The notes beneath the pieces were generated by a model. That model ran no database searches. It was not told where the DNA came from and saw only the letters and a list, made by a program, of their open reading frames with translations. A DNA stretch of 64,000 bases from a virus. Positions 39,722-49,795 of the stretch are shown piece by piece; the stretch's first letter is position 1, and each line of letters opens with the position of its first letter. The DNA is taken from the IMG/VR virus record IMGVR_UViG_3300008450_000004, positions 52,882 through 116,881 of that record; one strand, written 5' to 3'. The position numbers and the translations under genes were made by a program.

Positions 39722-41999
39722 ATGAAAAGACAAGTATCAGACATTTTAGAGGCAGGATTAGGACCTGTATCTTTTTTACAAATTAATCACAATAAAGGTA
39801 CATATATGGGAGTTTGTCCTTGGTGTACAAAGGATTTGAATAAAGTAAAAGCAATTAATTTTGGTGATTTATATATCAATTTAGTGACTATCCAAACTGA
39901 TCATATGGGTGTTTGTAAAGAAAGAAGAGCAACTAAAATGAAAGTATTTATTTAATTTTATGTGGCGAGTCAAGGCTCGCCACTTATCTTTATATCACAA
40001 TTAATAATTAAACAATGAAAGATTTATTAAAAAAATTTTTACATGGTGAAAAAGAAACACCAATTATTTACAAATCAAGACCAAACAGAATTTTAGCTCG
40101 TTATGAACGCGTGCAACGACTTAGAAATATTGCATTAGACGAAAACACTTTTTGCAAAGTTTATCAAGCTAATAGGTTACTTAGAGAGTTAACAGCACAA
40201 TTAAATCAAATCAATTCTTATCAAATTTTGAGTATAAACTAAAAACACTTTTGTGGCGAGTCAAGGCTCGCCACTTATCTTTACATCATGAAAACAATTA
40301 TTATAAAATTATTCGTAGTATTATGCTGTAGTGAATATAGCGATGGAAATTATTATTATGAGACTAAATCATTAAATGATAAACCAATAACATATGCTGT
40401 ATATAGCACGTTAAAATATAATATTGGGGATACAATTCAATATAAACTGAAATAATTTTGTTTAGTCAGAATTTGTTGTTTATATTTACATCACAATTAA
40501 ATAAAATTATGAATAAAGAATTTGTGCCTTACGAACAAGCATTAGTTTTAAAAGAATTAGGATTTGACGAGCCTTGTTTTAGGTGGTATGATGAGAGATG
40601 GGGTGATGATTTACAACAAGATAAATTTAACACTAATAAGGATTTATTTATGACTGATTTAGATTGTTCAGCCCCACTCTATCAACAAGCCTTTAGATGG
40701 TTTAGAGAGAAGTATGACTTACATTGTTGGCCTGAACCAACTGGTTCTAATAGGTACTGTTGTAAATATGATGGGAATGATGAAACGGGATATAGATGGG
40801 TCGGGTATTTAAGAAATGATAACAAAGAAATTTTATTTTACCTAACTTACGAAGAAGCAGAACTCCATTGTCTTAAAAAATTAATCGAAATAGTAAAAAA
40901 CAAATAAATAATCATGAAATATATAGTAATAGATCACGAAGTAAATGTTAGTATTATATGTAATACTCAGAAAGAAGTTATTGAGTATTGTGGGTATGAT
41001 GTCCACGAAATTACATTTGAGCAACTAGTGGAGGATATAAAAGGCATTTATGAGGTAATTGAAATAGAGGGTGATATAAAATGCTTAAATAGTGTGGGGG
41101 AAGATGAATTAATAATGGTCTTAGATGATATAGACGGGGAAACAATGGAATGTGTTATTAGAGATGTCGGAATGGAAGATCAAATGCTCCGCCAACTAAT
41201 AATGACAATGCCTTTAAATCAAATTGAGGAATTAATAATTGAACGAAAAGAACTTGATTGTCAAAATTAATTACTTATATTTACATCACAATTAATAAAT
41301 AAAACGATATGAAAATTTTTAACGGAATCATCAGTGTATTATTAGGATTAGTATCACTGTATTTAATGTTTGTTAAGTCACAAACCGATCAAGACCTTAT
41401 TTTAGGATTTACTGTGTTGTTAATGTCAATTATATTCATGTGTTTCATGATTATGGGTGAACAAAAAGAAGACATTGAAAAACTAAGACATCATATCCTG
41501 AAGGTAAAAGGGATAAATTAAGATAATTAATTTGGTTTTAATTGTTTAAGTATGTGGATGGGCAAAGCTCATCCACTATTTTTATCTCATAATAATTAAA
41601 ACAATGAAAATAATTTTAGAACCACAAGAATCAGAAGAAATGTTCCACACTGCATTATGCAACGGATTGTCTTACATTTCAAGTCACGGCTTAACTTTAG
41701 AAGCAGATGAGCAAGACTATCAAGCCGCTAAGCAGAGCCTAAACTCAAAGAACCCCGATCGAGGAATCTGCTACGAGGATGTCTTATTAGAAGTACTCCG
41801 TATAGGTAAATCATTAACCCTAATCGATGAAGAAGGAGATGGCGATAATAATAGCACAATTAGTCTCTCAGATGTTCACGAGCGAGTATCTCAAACACCG
41901 ATAGACCATCTGACAAACATGATCACTGAAAACGATGATGCTGAAACTGCAGACGTAATTATTCAAACCGTATTTTATCAGGACATTATATTCGGATAA
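39722..41999 (+). CDS. series of small early-type genes, most with their own promoter (39722, 40015, 40509, 40914, 41309, 41604)
   Basis: most are preceded by GNCAA-N11-TAT.TTTA.ATCACAATTA. Confidence 0.6.
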
Positions 42000-42485
42000 T
42001 TAAAACCTGCGATTTAAACGCTCGAGCGCATGCAAATACATAAGCATGCGCTCTTTTGTCTCTAGCGCATATGATCGCATGTATGCTAATGTAAAGCGAC
42101 ATTTACGCGAGCTAGCGCGAGCGATAAAAAAGAAACACCCGGATGTGAGGGAGTGAGGGGAGTACAGGCCCTAGCGGCCCGCTAGCGGATTGACAGCGGA
42201 ATGATCCCATACCACCCGCGATCCATGTGCGTGGCGGGATTGGCGCAAAATAAAATGTGACATATTCACAACTCGCACACGTCTTTTCGCCATCGACAAT
42301 ATATACATATATCCCAACTTTTTGCGTTTACATTTTCGGAATAACCCCTTTTGAGAAAACTTGCAGAATATCAAAGAACACTTTTAAACGAATTTTTTGC
42401 GTCGACAAAAGTATATACTAATATATTGGCATACCAGAGCAAGTTGGATTGATAGTATGCCCATTATAAAGATGACTATCTTTTG

Positions 42486-42559
42486 CACGCCTGGGTGGAT
42501 TCGAACCACCAACACTCGGATTTGGAGTCCGATGCTCTACCAATTGGAGCTACAGACGC
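42486..42559 (-). tRNA. trnW: tRNA-Trp(CCA)
   Basis: acceptor GCGTCTG/CAGGCGT, anticodon arm TCGGA-CTCCAAA-TCCGA, T arm GGTGGTTCGAATCCACC. Confidence 0.9.
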
Positions 42560-42675
42560 ATGTACGGGTCTTTCCCCGTTAGTCACCGCTCGCATTTTGC
42601 GCATCAACTTGGACTTGCTTCCAAAAAGCTTTTCCTCATATCTATTATAGCTGCAACCGCGGTTCTCACTACTCG

Positions 42676-42802
42676 TAGTCAGGACAGGATTCGAACCTGT
42701 AACGCTTCCGCACTTCTGCGTTGATACCTTTTTTGTTTAATGTGAGGTTCGGACATACCTCATTACAGTTTTTTAGTGTCTAACCAATTCCACCACCTGA
42801 CT
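42676..42802 (-). ncRNA. tRNA-like RNA A with expanded anticodon domain
   Basis: acceptor AGTCAGG/CCTGACT, Leu-like D arm, T arm ACAGGTTCGAATCCTGT, long unrelated middle. Confidence 0.75.
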
Positions 42803-42873
42803 AACCATTAACTATACTCCTCAAGACATCATTTCTGATTTACTGCTAGAAGCCAGTCATTCATAGTTAATAT

Positions 42874-43083
42874 TTACCCCACCTTGAGATTACTGGTAAG
42901 TAGTTATTTGGGTTTTCTATTTCTTAAAAACCTCCGAGGCATCCCTCATAAAAACATCCAACACTACTGGGAGAGATTGTGTCAGTCCCTTTATCCCAAG
43001 ACGTCCCACTCGCGCCGTAGACATTCTGCGAGTTCATTGTTTAAGTCTTGAACCAAAGACTCTGAGTACCTCTTACTCAATAC
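42874..43083 (-). ncRNA. multi-hairpin ncRNA candidate of about 210 nt
   Basis: stems GAGTA/TACTC, AGTCTT/AAGACT, ACTCGC/GCGAGT, GGTTTT/AAAACC, GTAGT/ACTAC. Confidence 0.55.
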
Positions 43084-43087
43084 GATT

Positions 43088-43231
43088 TTAATCTACTTTG
43101 TGTATTTCATTAACTAATTGAATGAACATAGATTTTGTTATATATTCTTGTTTAACCCACATAAAAATTAAAGACATTTTTTCTTCATATGTTTTTTTAG
43201 ATTTTAATTTTTCAATGAGTTCTTTTATCAT
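43088..43231 (-). CDS. 47-aa hypothetical protein
   Basis: MIKELIEKLKSKKTYEEKMSLIFMWVKQ... Confidence 0.5.
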   Translation of the reverse strand: MIKELIEKLKSKKTYEEKMSLIFMWVKQEYITKSMFIQLVNEIHKVD

Positions 43232-43240
43232 AATATATTA

Positions 43241-43627
43241 TTATCTTAACCCCATAGTAACATACCAACAACCAAATTGGGAATCATACTCAATTTTGGC
43301 TATATACTTATCGTTGTAATACTTACCATCAGAGTATTTAGTATAACCAATTTTATATAAACTTTGTTCATAATCACTAAAACTAACATTTTTTAATGTA
43401 TATACATAAGCAGAGCAAATATTGTTTTTTGTAAAGTAATATACCTTATATTCTGACAATGTTGTTGCTGATAGATAATAATCACCATCTTTGTCATATC
43501 CTTCAGTAAGAATATAACCCCTTTTATCCATTTCACCTTTAATATCCCTAAAAGAATAACCAACAAAGTTCTGTGCTTGAGTTGATAATCCAATTACCAA
43601 CATCAAAAATAATAATAGTTTTTTCAT
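43241..43627 (-). CDS. secreted hypothetical protein
   Basis: signal peptide MKKLLLFLMLVIGLSTQA-Q. Confidence 0.65.
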   Translation of the reverse strand: MKKLLLFLMLVIGLSTQAQNFVGYSFRDIKGEMDKRGYILTEGYDKDGDYYLSATTLSEYKVYYFTKNNICSAYVYTLKNVSFSDYEQSLYKIGYTKYSDGKYYNDKYIAKIEYDSQFGCWYVTMGLR

Positions 43628-43644
43628 AATTTTAATTTTTTGTA

Positions 43645-43755
43645 TTATATTTTAATTAATTTACCACACTTATTACATTTATAATAGTCCATACCGATAA
43701 ACCATCCGATATGATTTTCATGCTTACAAAATAGCTGTTTAATAAACTTTATCAT
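43645..43755 (-). CDS. 36-aa zinc-ribbon mini-protein
   Basis: LFCKH...CNKCGK. Confidence 0.5.
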   Translation of the reverse strand: MIKFIKQLFCKHENHIGWFIGMDYYKCNKCGKLIKI

Positions 43756-43767
43756 TTTACTTTTTCG

Positions 43768-43856
43768 AACTCAGAGCGGGATTCGAACCCGCATCTCCTA
43801 TACCAATATAGGGCGTTACCAATTGTGGTATTCATTTCCACTTACGCCATCTGAGT
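43768..43856 (-). ncRNA. tRNA-like RNA B (hairpin inserted in the D loop, non-canonical anticodon loop)
   Basis: acceptor ACTCAGA/TCTGAGT, T arm GCGGGTTCGAATCCCGC, CCTATA-TTGG-TATAGG. Confidence 0.7.
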
Positions 43857-43975
43857 TTTTTACACCTTATTCTAATACCCTTTTATATCGGTGCAAACCT
43901 GCTTATCTATCAGGGACTAATAGGAATTTACTACTAGTTTGAATAATACGAGTTTTTCAAGGGTACAGGTTATTA

Positions 43976-44063
43976 TAGTCAGGACAGGATTCGAACCTGT
44001 ATTCAGGGACTTGGAGTAAATTCCCCCTCCGAGTTTGTATGGTAACCAACACACCACCTGACT
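43976..44063 (-). ncRNA. tRNA-like RNA C
   Basis: same acceptor and T arm as A, different middle. Confidence 0.75.
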
Positions 44064-44144
44064 GTAACACCGACGCCTTTACTTTCACGAGGACTTGCAT
44101 ATCTTTTTCAACATTTCTGTTTTAGGACTCCATCGGTATTTTTG

Positions 44145-44240
44145 CAGTCAGGACAGGATTCGAACCTGTACACTCCATTACAGAGTAACCCCATAGGTGA
44201 GTTATGTCCTCGAAAGCGTCTACCATTCCGCCACCTGACT
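44145..44240 (-). ncRNA. tRNA-like RNA D
   Basis: same acceptor and T arm as A; D arm GGCGGAATGGTAGACGC. Confidence 0.75.
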
Positions 44241-44377
44241 ATTTGATGAGGTTGGAGGTCTTAAAAATTTACCCATAAGTACTCATCACCTATTCTGCCC
44301 GATAGGACTTAACATTCATGAGAAGCCAAATTTCTCCAATGTCTGTTACTTTATTATTTGACATCAAGTAACCGCTG

Positions 44378-44538
44378 TAGTTAGGACAGGATTCGAACCT
44401 GTACCACTTTCAGAGGAGCTGGCTTGCCTTTGGCTTCCCATGTTCTAGACCATGTTGCTCTGTGGTGTACTGTATCCAGCGTTTACCATTGTAAGCACAT
44501 ACTATTACTCTTTGTACTTGACATTCCGCTACCTAACT
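44378..44538 (-). ncRNA. tRNA-like RNA E (inserts in the D loop and anticodon domain)
   Basis: acceptor AGTTAGG/CCTAACT (compensatory change), same T arm. Confidence 0.7.
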
Positions 44539-44540
44539 TT

Positions 44541-44582
44541 TATAAACATAATATATTTTCTTTGACCTCCCAAATATTTATT
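44541..44582. promoter_or_regulatory. divergent promoters for the RNA cluster (minus) and late genes (plus)
   Basis: minus strand GGTCAAAGAAAATATATTATGTTTA; plus strand AATATTTATT before ATG 44586. Confidence 0.5.
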
Positions 44583-44585
44583 AAT

Positions 44586-45530
44586 ATGAAAAACTATTAC
44601 GAAGAATTGTTCCAATATATGTCAAATAATCCTGATTTAGTTGGTCCATTTAAAAAACTCCAACAAATTAAAGATAATCCAATTGAAGTTATTAAAATGT
44701 ATAATAAATATAAGGAGGAAGTTATTAATTATACAACTCAAAAGAAACAACATGATAAAATGAGGTTACGTGAGGTAAAAAAATTTACAATTAAATCTGA
44801 AGATAAAGCAGCATTTATTAATCGTCTTGAAAAATTAGGGATAGCTATTGATAGTTATGATGTTGTAGATGATAAATTAAATAGTTCATTTTCAATTGAA
44901 TTTAATGATCCTGAAGTTATTAATATGGTTAATCAAGTATTAAAACGTTCCTCTAAAATAAATCAAGTTAAATCATCTAAAAAAGTATATACGGATAAAA
45001 AATCAAAAAGTAAGGACACTTTAGGAGAAAATAAAAATCCTATAGATGTCATAAAAATGGATGTACCTTTATTTATTCGTTTGCTTGAATATGCTCGTGA
45101 AGATGCTAAAACAGATATGGATCTTCATGATGTGGCTGAAAATATAATTAATATGTCTTCTAAAGGACGAACATTAAGTATGAACGATTATAGTAAAATT
45201 GTACTTAAAAAAGTAATGGAGAATTTTAATCCTAGTGATTATGAATGGGAAAGTGATCCTGAATTTTTAAAAGTAATGCCTGAAGAATTATATAAGGGTA
45301 GCTCTGTTAAGTGTAAAATATTAACTGTAGATGGAGAGGAAGAAATATTATATTTTAGTTTAGAGGATATAGGAGAAGAAGTAGGTATAAATGAAGAGGC
45401 AGAAGGTATTTGTAGGGCTAGAGATAGCAAAGGCGTTATTTATGAAATGGAATGTGCTGTAATGAATACAGGAGGTGATGGTTATTATATTGTTGATGTT
45501 AATGGTGATACACTTACTACAGCTGATTAA
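44586..45530 (+). CDS. hypothetical multi-module phage protein
   Basis: MDVPLFIRLLEYAREDAKTDMDLH module; start corrected to exclude the RNA gene. Confidence 0.6.
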   Translation: MKNYYEELFQYMSNNPDLVGPFKKLQQIKDNPIEVIKMYNKYKEEVINYTTQKKQHDKMRLREVKKFTIKSEDKAAFINRLEKLGIAIDSYDVVDDKLNSSFSIEFNDPEVINMVNQVLKRSSKINQVKSSKKVYTDKKSKSKDTLGENKNPIDVIKMDVPLFIRLLEYAREDAKTDMDLHDVAENIINMSSKGRTLSMNDYSKIVLKKVMENFNPSDYEWESDPEFLKVMPEELYKGSSVKCKILTVDGEEEILYFSLEDIGEEVGINEEAEGICRARDSKGVIYEMECAVMNTGGDGYYIVDVNGDTLTTAD

Positions 45531-45690
45531 AATAAAATTAAATTTTGTAAAAAGTTTGGATATTTAAAAGAATTTTTGTATCTTTAACCTACGGGTTTAG
45601 TTAAAAAGGTAGAGAGAGAAAAGGAAGAATGGTAGGAAGAGGGAATGGGGATATAAAACGTCGTATATTTATATATAAACATATACAATT

Positions 45691-46175
45691 ATGAGATTTA
45701 AAAATCAAATTATAGATGGCTTAACACAAGCCCAAAACATAGGACAAAAATTACAAGTTCAAGTTAATCGCGGTATATCTCAAGAAGAACTTATTGAAAC
45801 TGTAGATCATTTAAAAGAACATTTAGAAAGAATTAAAGAATTGGTTAACATCGAACATGAAGATTTTGACTTTACTTTTAACCAAACATACAACGGATAG
45901 TTATGGAAATGTTTTTATGGATTTTAGGAGTACACCTAATTGAATTAATAGGAATAGGAATATTCTTTTTAATTAAAAAAAATTCTAACTTAGAAAAAGT
46001 TGTTAATCAACAACAACAACATATAGAAAATTTAGACTTTATTACATCTCAGTTAATATCTAATTTATCTAAAATAGATGAACGTGCTCACGTTGAGGGT
46101 GATGCTGAGTTAGAAGAAATATTTAGAAATACAATTGAATTAAGAGAACTGTTGAAAACAATTTCTGACAAATAA
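45691..46175 (+). CDS. two small proteins (coiled coil; TM plus coiled coil)
   Basis: ORF track. Confidence 0.55.
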
Positions 46176-46210
46176 TTTGTTTCCCCCATTTTTCTTTATT
46201 ACCGTCGTAA

Positions 46211-46918
46211 TTGATGGAAAATAATCAAGACAAAACAGGTCCTAGTGTGTACTTTACCCAAGAAACTGAGGATGCTATCGTAGAATACTTACAAACTTCA
46301 GACGAATCTAATAGAAATAAAATTTATAATAGTAAGATTAAATATGCTTTTTACAAACTAGCAGAAAATATCATACATACATTTAAATTTTACTATACAG
46401 ATATTAATACTATTGAAGATTTAAAACATGAAGTAGTTACATTTTTATTAGAAAAATTACATTTATACTCTCCTGGAAAGGGTAAAGCATATTCTTATTT
46501 TGGAACTATTGCTAAGAGATACTTAATTATCTATAATAACAATAATTATAAAAAACTTCAGAGACATGGGGAGATGGATGAAATTGAAGAGGATAAGTCA
46601 TATTTAGATAAAACTATAAAAGAATCTGAAGAAGATATTAATTTGAATTTGTTTATAACTTTATATATAAGATATATAGACAAACATCTTTATAAATTAT
46701 TCCCTAAACCACAAGATGCTAAAACGGCAGATGCTATTATAGAATTATTTCGAAAAAGAGAATCATTAGAAATATTCAATAAAAAAGCTTTATATATATA
46801 CATTCGTGAAATAACAGATGTTTCTACTCCTCAAATAACTAAGATAACTAAAAAACTGAATAATTTAAGGGTTAAGTTATATAACGAGTATTATTCTACA
46901 GGATACGTAAAATTTTAA
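46211..46918 (+). CDS. phage sigma factor (gp55-like late sigma)
   Basis: region-2-like EDLKHEVVTFLLEKLHLYSPGKGKAYSYFGTIAKRYL; heads the structural module. Confidence 0.6.
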   Translation: MMENNQDKTGPSVYFTQETEDAIVEYLQTSDESNRNKIYNSKIKYAFYKLAENIIHTFKFYYTDINTIEDLKHEVVTFLLEKLHLYSPGKGKAYSYFGTIAKRYLIIYNNNNYKKLQRHGEMDEIEEDKSYLDKTIKESEEDINLNLFITLYIRYIDKHLYKLFPKPQDAKTADAIIELFRKRESLEIFNKKALYIYIREITDVSTPQITKITKKLNNLRVKLYNEYYSTGYVKF

Positions 46919-46947
46919 ATCCTTTATATTTATATTAAATAATAATT

Positions 46948-47334
46948 ATGATCAATTTTAATGACGTAACACTTTTTGGTAATACATCATTATCAGATAT
47001 ATTTAAACAGATACATAAAAATAATAAATCTGTTGATAATCAAATTAATGAACTTATTGGAGCCCTTAAACCCCTTGCTTCATCTAATGCTGGTTCAGCA
47101 GTAATGTTGATGCCTACCGTTAAAGATTTAATTGACGTTAACGTAAAAAATAATGATCAATTAATTAAAATGGCAGGTATAGCCCAGCGAGCTACTAATA
47201 CACATTCAGCTAATGAACCCTTATTTGATATGAGTGAAATTCAGTTATTATTAGAAGAACAAAACGCTATTAAAGAAGAAGGTACAAAACTGTTAGAAAC
47301 AGCTCAAAAAGATTTACAAAAACGCTTAGAATAA
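46948..47334 (+). CDS. hypothetical protein
   Basis: ORF. Confidence 0.6.
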   Translation: MINFNDVTLFGNTSLSDIFKQIHKNNKSVDNQINELIGALKPLASSNAGSAVMLMPTVKDLIDVNVKNNDQLIKMAGIAQRATNTHSANEPLFDMSEIQLLLEEQNAIKEEGTKLLETAQKDLQKRLE

Positions 47335-47335
47335 A

Positions 47336-48556
47336 ATGGCTTTAAAATACGGTTTAAAAGGTAGTAATCAAATAAGTAACCCCATAAAGAAAAAAACCAC
47401 AGGACAAGGTAATTCTTTTGCTTTATCTTACGGAAAGGTTTTTGGAGTAGTTACAGGTATTAATTTACCTACCGTTAAAATGTATGAAAAAGCAAATAAA
47501 AGAATAGGAGCTATATTTTATAAAGACTATTATGTTAGTCGAACTGAAGACGGAAATTTAACAGACAGTTTTTTAGATACATGCGCTATTGCTTATCCTT
47601 TCTATAGTAGTGTCCAAGATTATCCTTTATTAAATGAAATAATACTTACATTACCTGGGGTATCTATAGGATCTCAAACAAAAAACGATATTAAAGGTAA
47701 TATAAATTATTGGTTATGTACTATTAATCTTTGGGGAAACAGTGAACAAAATGCTCAATCTTCTAATAATGGTTCTCCTTTAGGAAAAACATATAATGAA
47801 AATGGAAATATAAAAAATTTAATAACATATGAAGGAGACTATATATTATCTGGCCGAACAGGTCAATCTATTCGTTTTGGTAGTACCGTTGGATTGTATA
47901 GCAATCCTGCTAGTTTAAATTATAATGAATGGAGTAAAATAGGAAATAATGGAAGTCCAATATTGATACTTTCTAATGGGTTAAATTTTAATAGTACCCC
48001 ACAACTTTTATATTCAGAACAAATAAACAAAGATGCTTCTTCTATTTATTTAACTTCAACTCAAGCTTTACCTATAGAAATAGATTCTACTGGTTTAAAA
48101 TCTCCATTAATAGGAGAGCCAGTATCACCTGAATCTTATAATAACTCACAAGTTATATTAAATGGTGATAGAATATTAATTAATTCTAAAAAGGATGAAG
48201 TAATGTTATTTTCTAAAACAAATACTATATTAAAAGGAAATGGAATTAATTTAATAGGAAGTTCTATTGAATTATCTTCAAATGATATATATTTAGGTAA
48301 AACATCAAACGGAGAGTTACCAAATGAACCTATTTTATTAGGTCAAAAAACATTAAATATGCTTAGTGAATTGTTATCATCTATGCAAACGTTTTTAAAT
48401 AGTATTTCGTCTGCAACTGATAGTAATGGTGTTCCTATAGCTGCTATAAAAATAGCTGCTGATAAATTTAACCAAAGCTTAGAAAAAATATCAGAACAAT
48501 TAGATCCTGATAATACAGATAAATTTATAGCATCTAACCAAGTATTTGTATCATAA
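47336..48556 (+). CDS. baseplate hub/spike-like protein (gp5-like)
   Basis: YPLLNE, EGD.ILSGRTGQSIRFGS, EPILLG; structural context. Confidence 0.55.
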   Translation: MALKYGLKGSNQISNPIKKKTTGQGNSFALSYGKVFGVVTGINLPTVKMYEKANKRIGAIFYKDYYVSRTEDGNLTDSFLDTCAIAYPFYSSVQDYPLLNEIILTLPGVSIGSQTKNDIKGNINYWLCTINLWGNSEQNAQSSNNGSPLGKTYNENGNIKNLITYEGDYILSGRTGQSIRFGSTVGLYSNPASLNYNEWSKIGNNGSPILILSNGLNFNSTPQLLYSEQINKDASSIYLTSTQALPIEIDSTGLKSPLIGEPVSPESYNNSQVILNGDRILINSKKDEVMLFSKTNTILKGNGINLIGSSIELSSNDIYLGKTSNGELPNEPILLGQKTLNMLSELLSSMQTFLNSISSATDSNGVPIAAIKIAADKFNQSLEKISEQLDPDNTDKFIASNQVFVS

Positions 48557-49782
48557 TGAGTAATGTATCTTCATTAATATCACCAGGAATAACTAAAACT
48601 TTAAATAGTACAGGTTTACCTAGTGCTTTTGGTAACCAAGTTAAAGAATCGGCAAAGAAAAAAATAATATCAGCTGCTTTAGGACAAACCCAAATACTTC
48701 AACAAAAATTAGAAGATGTAATAAAGAAAAAATTAGAATTAGAAATAACTCATACTTTTAATTTAAAAAAATTAGATTCACAATATATTCCTAATAAACC
48801 AGAGAAATCAGTTTTAACTGAAGAAGAATATAATGTTGCTGTAATAATTGAGAACGCTAGATATACGGTTGAAAAAGAATTATTAGATAAACAACAAAAA
48901 GATATTGAGATTCAAATACAAAGTATAGTTAAGGATCCTAAAATTAAAAGAACAATAAAACAAAAAGCATACAAATTAAAGGTTAAAAAAAATAAAGCTA
49001 AAAATAAAGCAGAAAAAACTAAAGCATTTAAAGCATTACTTTTAAGTACTGCTAAATCTGTAGCTCCTTTATTAATGTATTCTAGTCTTAGGATAATAGC
49101 TAGGTTAGCTGTTCAAAATAGTAATCTTAAAGACTTAGTAGACCAAACTAATGCTATAATTGAGGCGGCAACTACTCCAGAACAATTAGAACAAGCTAGA
49201 GTAAGTAGAAATACGGCGTATAATGTATTAAATAATAATGAAAGAAATTTAATAGATATTAAAGATAAGTTAGAATTAATTACTTTAATAACAAGTACTC
49301 TAACAATATTAAGTGATGTATTAATTACGTCATTATCACCTCCTGGTACTCCTGCATCTGCTTATAAACCATATGAAACTATATTAAAAACATTAGAAAT
49401 ATTAAATAACAGTTTACTTGTTTTAGTACCTATTTTAGATATATTAATATCTGAATTATCTGATTTAAAAAAACAATTACGAGAAATCGACAATAGATTA
49501 GATTTACAAACTATAGATAGTGGTAATTTAGAAGCAGTAAATGTATTATTAAATAATATTAAACAACCAAAAGACGAAACTTATAAAGGATTTAAATTAA
49601 AAATTAAAGAAGATCAAGATCCTCGTACTTTTGTTAAAGATAGTATTAAACGTCATTATGCCGTTGCTTTTGATAAAGATAATGTAGAAGTAATTAAAAG
49701 TGAATATTCATATACATTAGAACCACAGATATTAATAGATCAATTAAAAATAATTATAGATCAACGAAATTTACAAGCTTAA
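48556..49782 (+). CDS. helical virion-associated protein
   Basis: coiled coil; structural context. Confidence 0.45.
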   Translation: MSNVSSLISPGITKTLNSTGLPSAFGNQVKESAKKKIISAALGQTQILQQKLEDVIKKKLELEITHTFNLKKLDSQYIPNKPEKSVLTEEEYNVAVIIENARYTVEKELLDKQQKDIEIQIQSIVKDPKIKRTIKQKAYKLKVKKNKAKNKAEKTKAFKALLLSTAKSVAPLLMYSSLRIIARLAVQNSNLKDLVDQTNAIIEAATTPEQLEQARVSRNTAYNVLNNNERNLIDIKDKLELITLITSTLTILSDVLITSLSPPGTPASAYKPYETILKTLEILNNSLLVLVPILDILISELSDLKKQLREIDNRLDLQTIDSGNLEAVNVLLNNIKQPKDETYKGFKLKIKEDQDPRTFVKDSIKRHYAVAFDKDNVEVIKSEYSYTLEPQILIDQLKIIIDQRNLQA

Positions 49783-49795
49783 AATATTTATACAC

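Noticed and set aside
44145-44240. amber suppressor tRNA (possible CTA in the loop ACCTATG) and stop-codon recoding
   Set aside because: The loop lacks U33 and a purine at 37, and is displaced by an insert. Long genes are intact under code 11, and both TAG and TGA end genes normally.
42676-44538. 25-nt repeat as a CRISPR array
   Set aside because: Spacing is long and irregular, the repeat is a tRNA T arm plus acceptor strand, and no cas operon is seen.
44424-44585. N-terminal extension of ORF 44424-45530
   Set aside because: It overlaps tRNA-like RNA E and the promoters; ATG 44586 follows the late-type motif.
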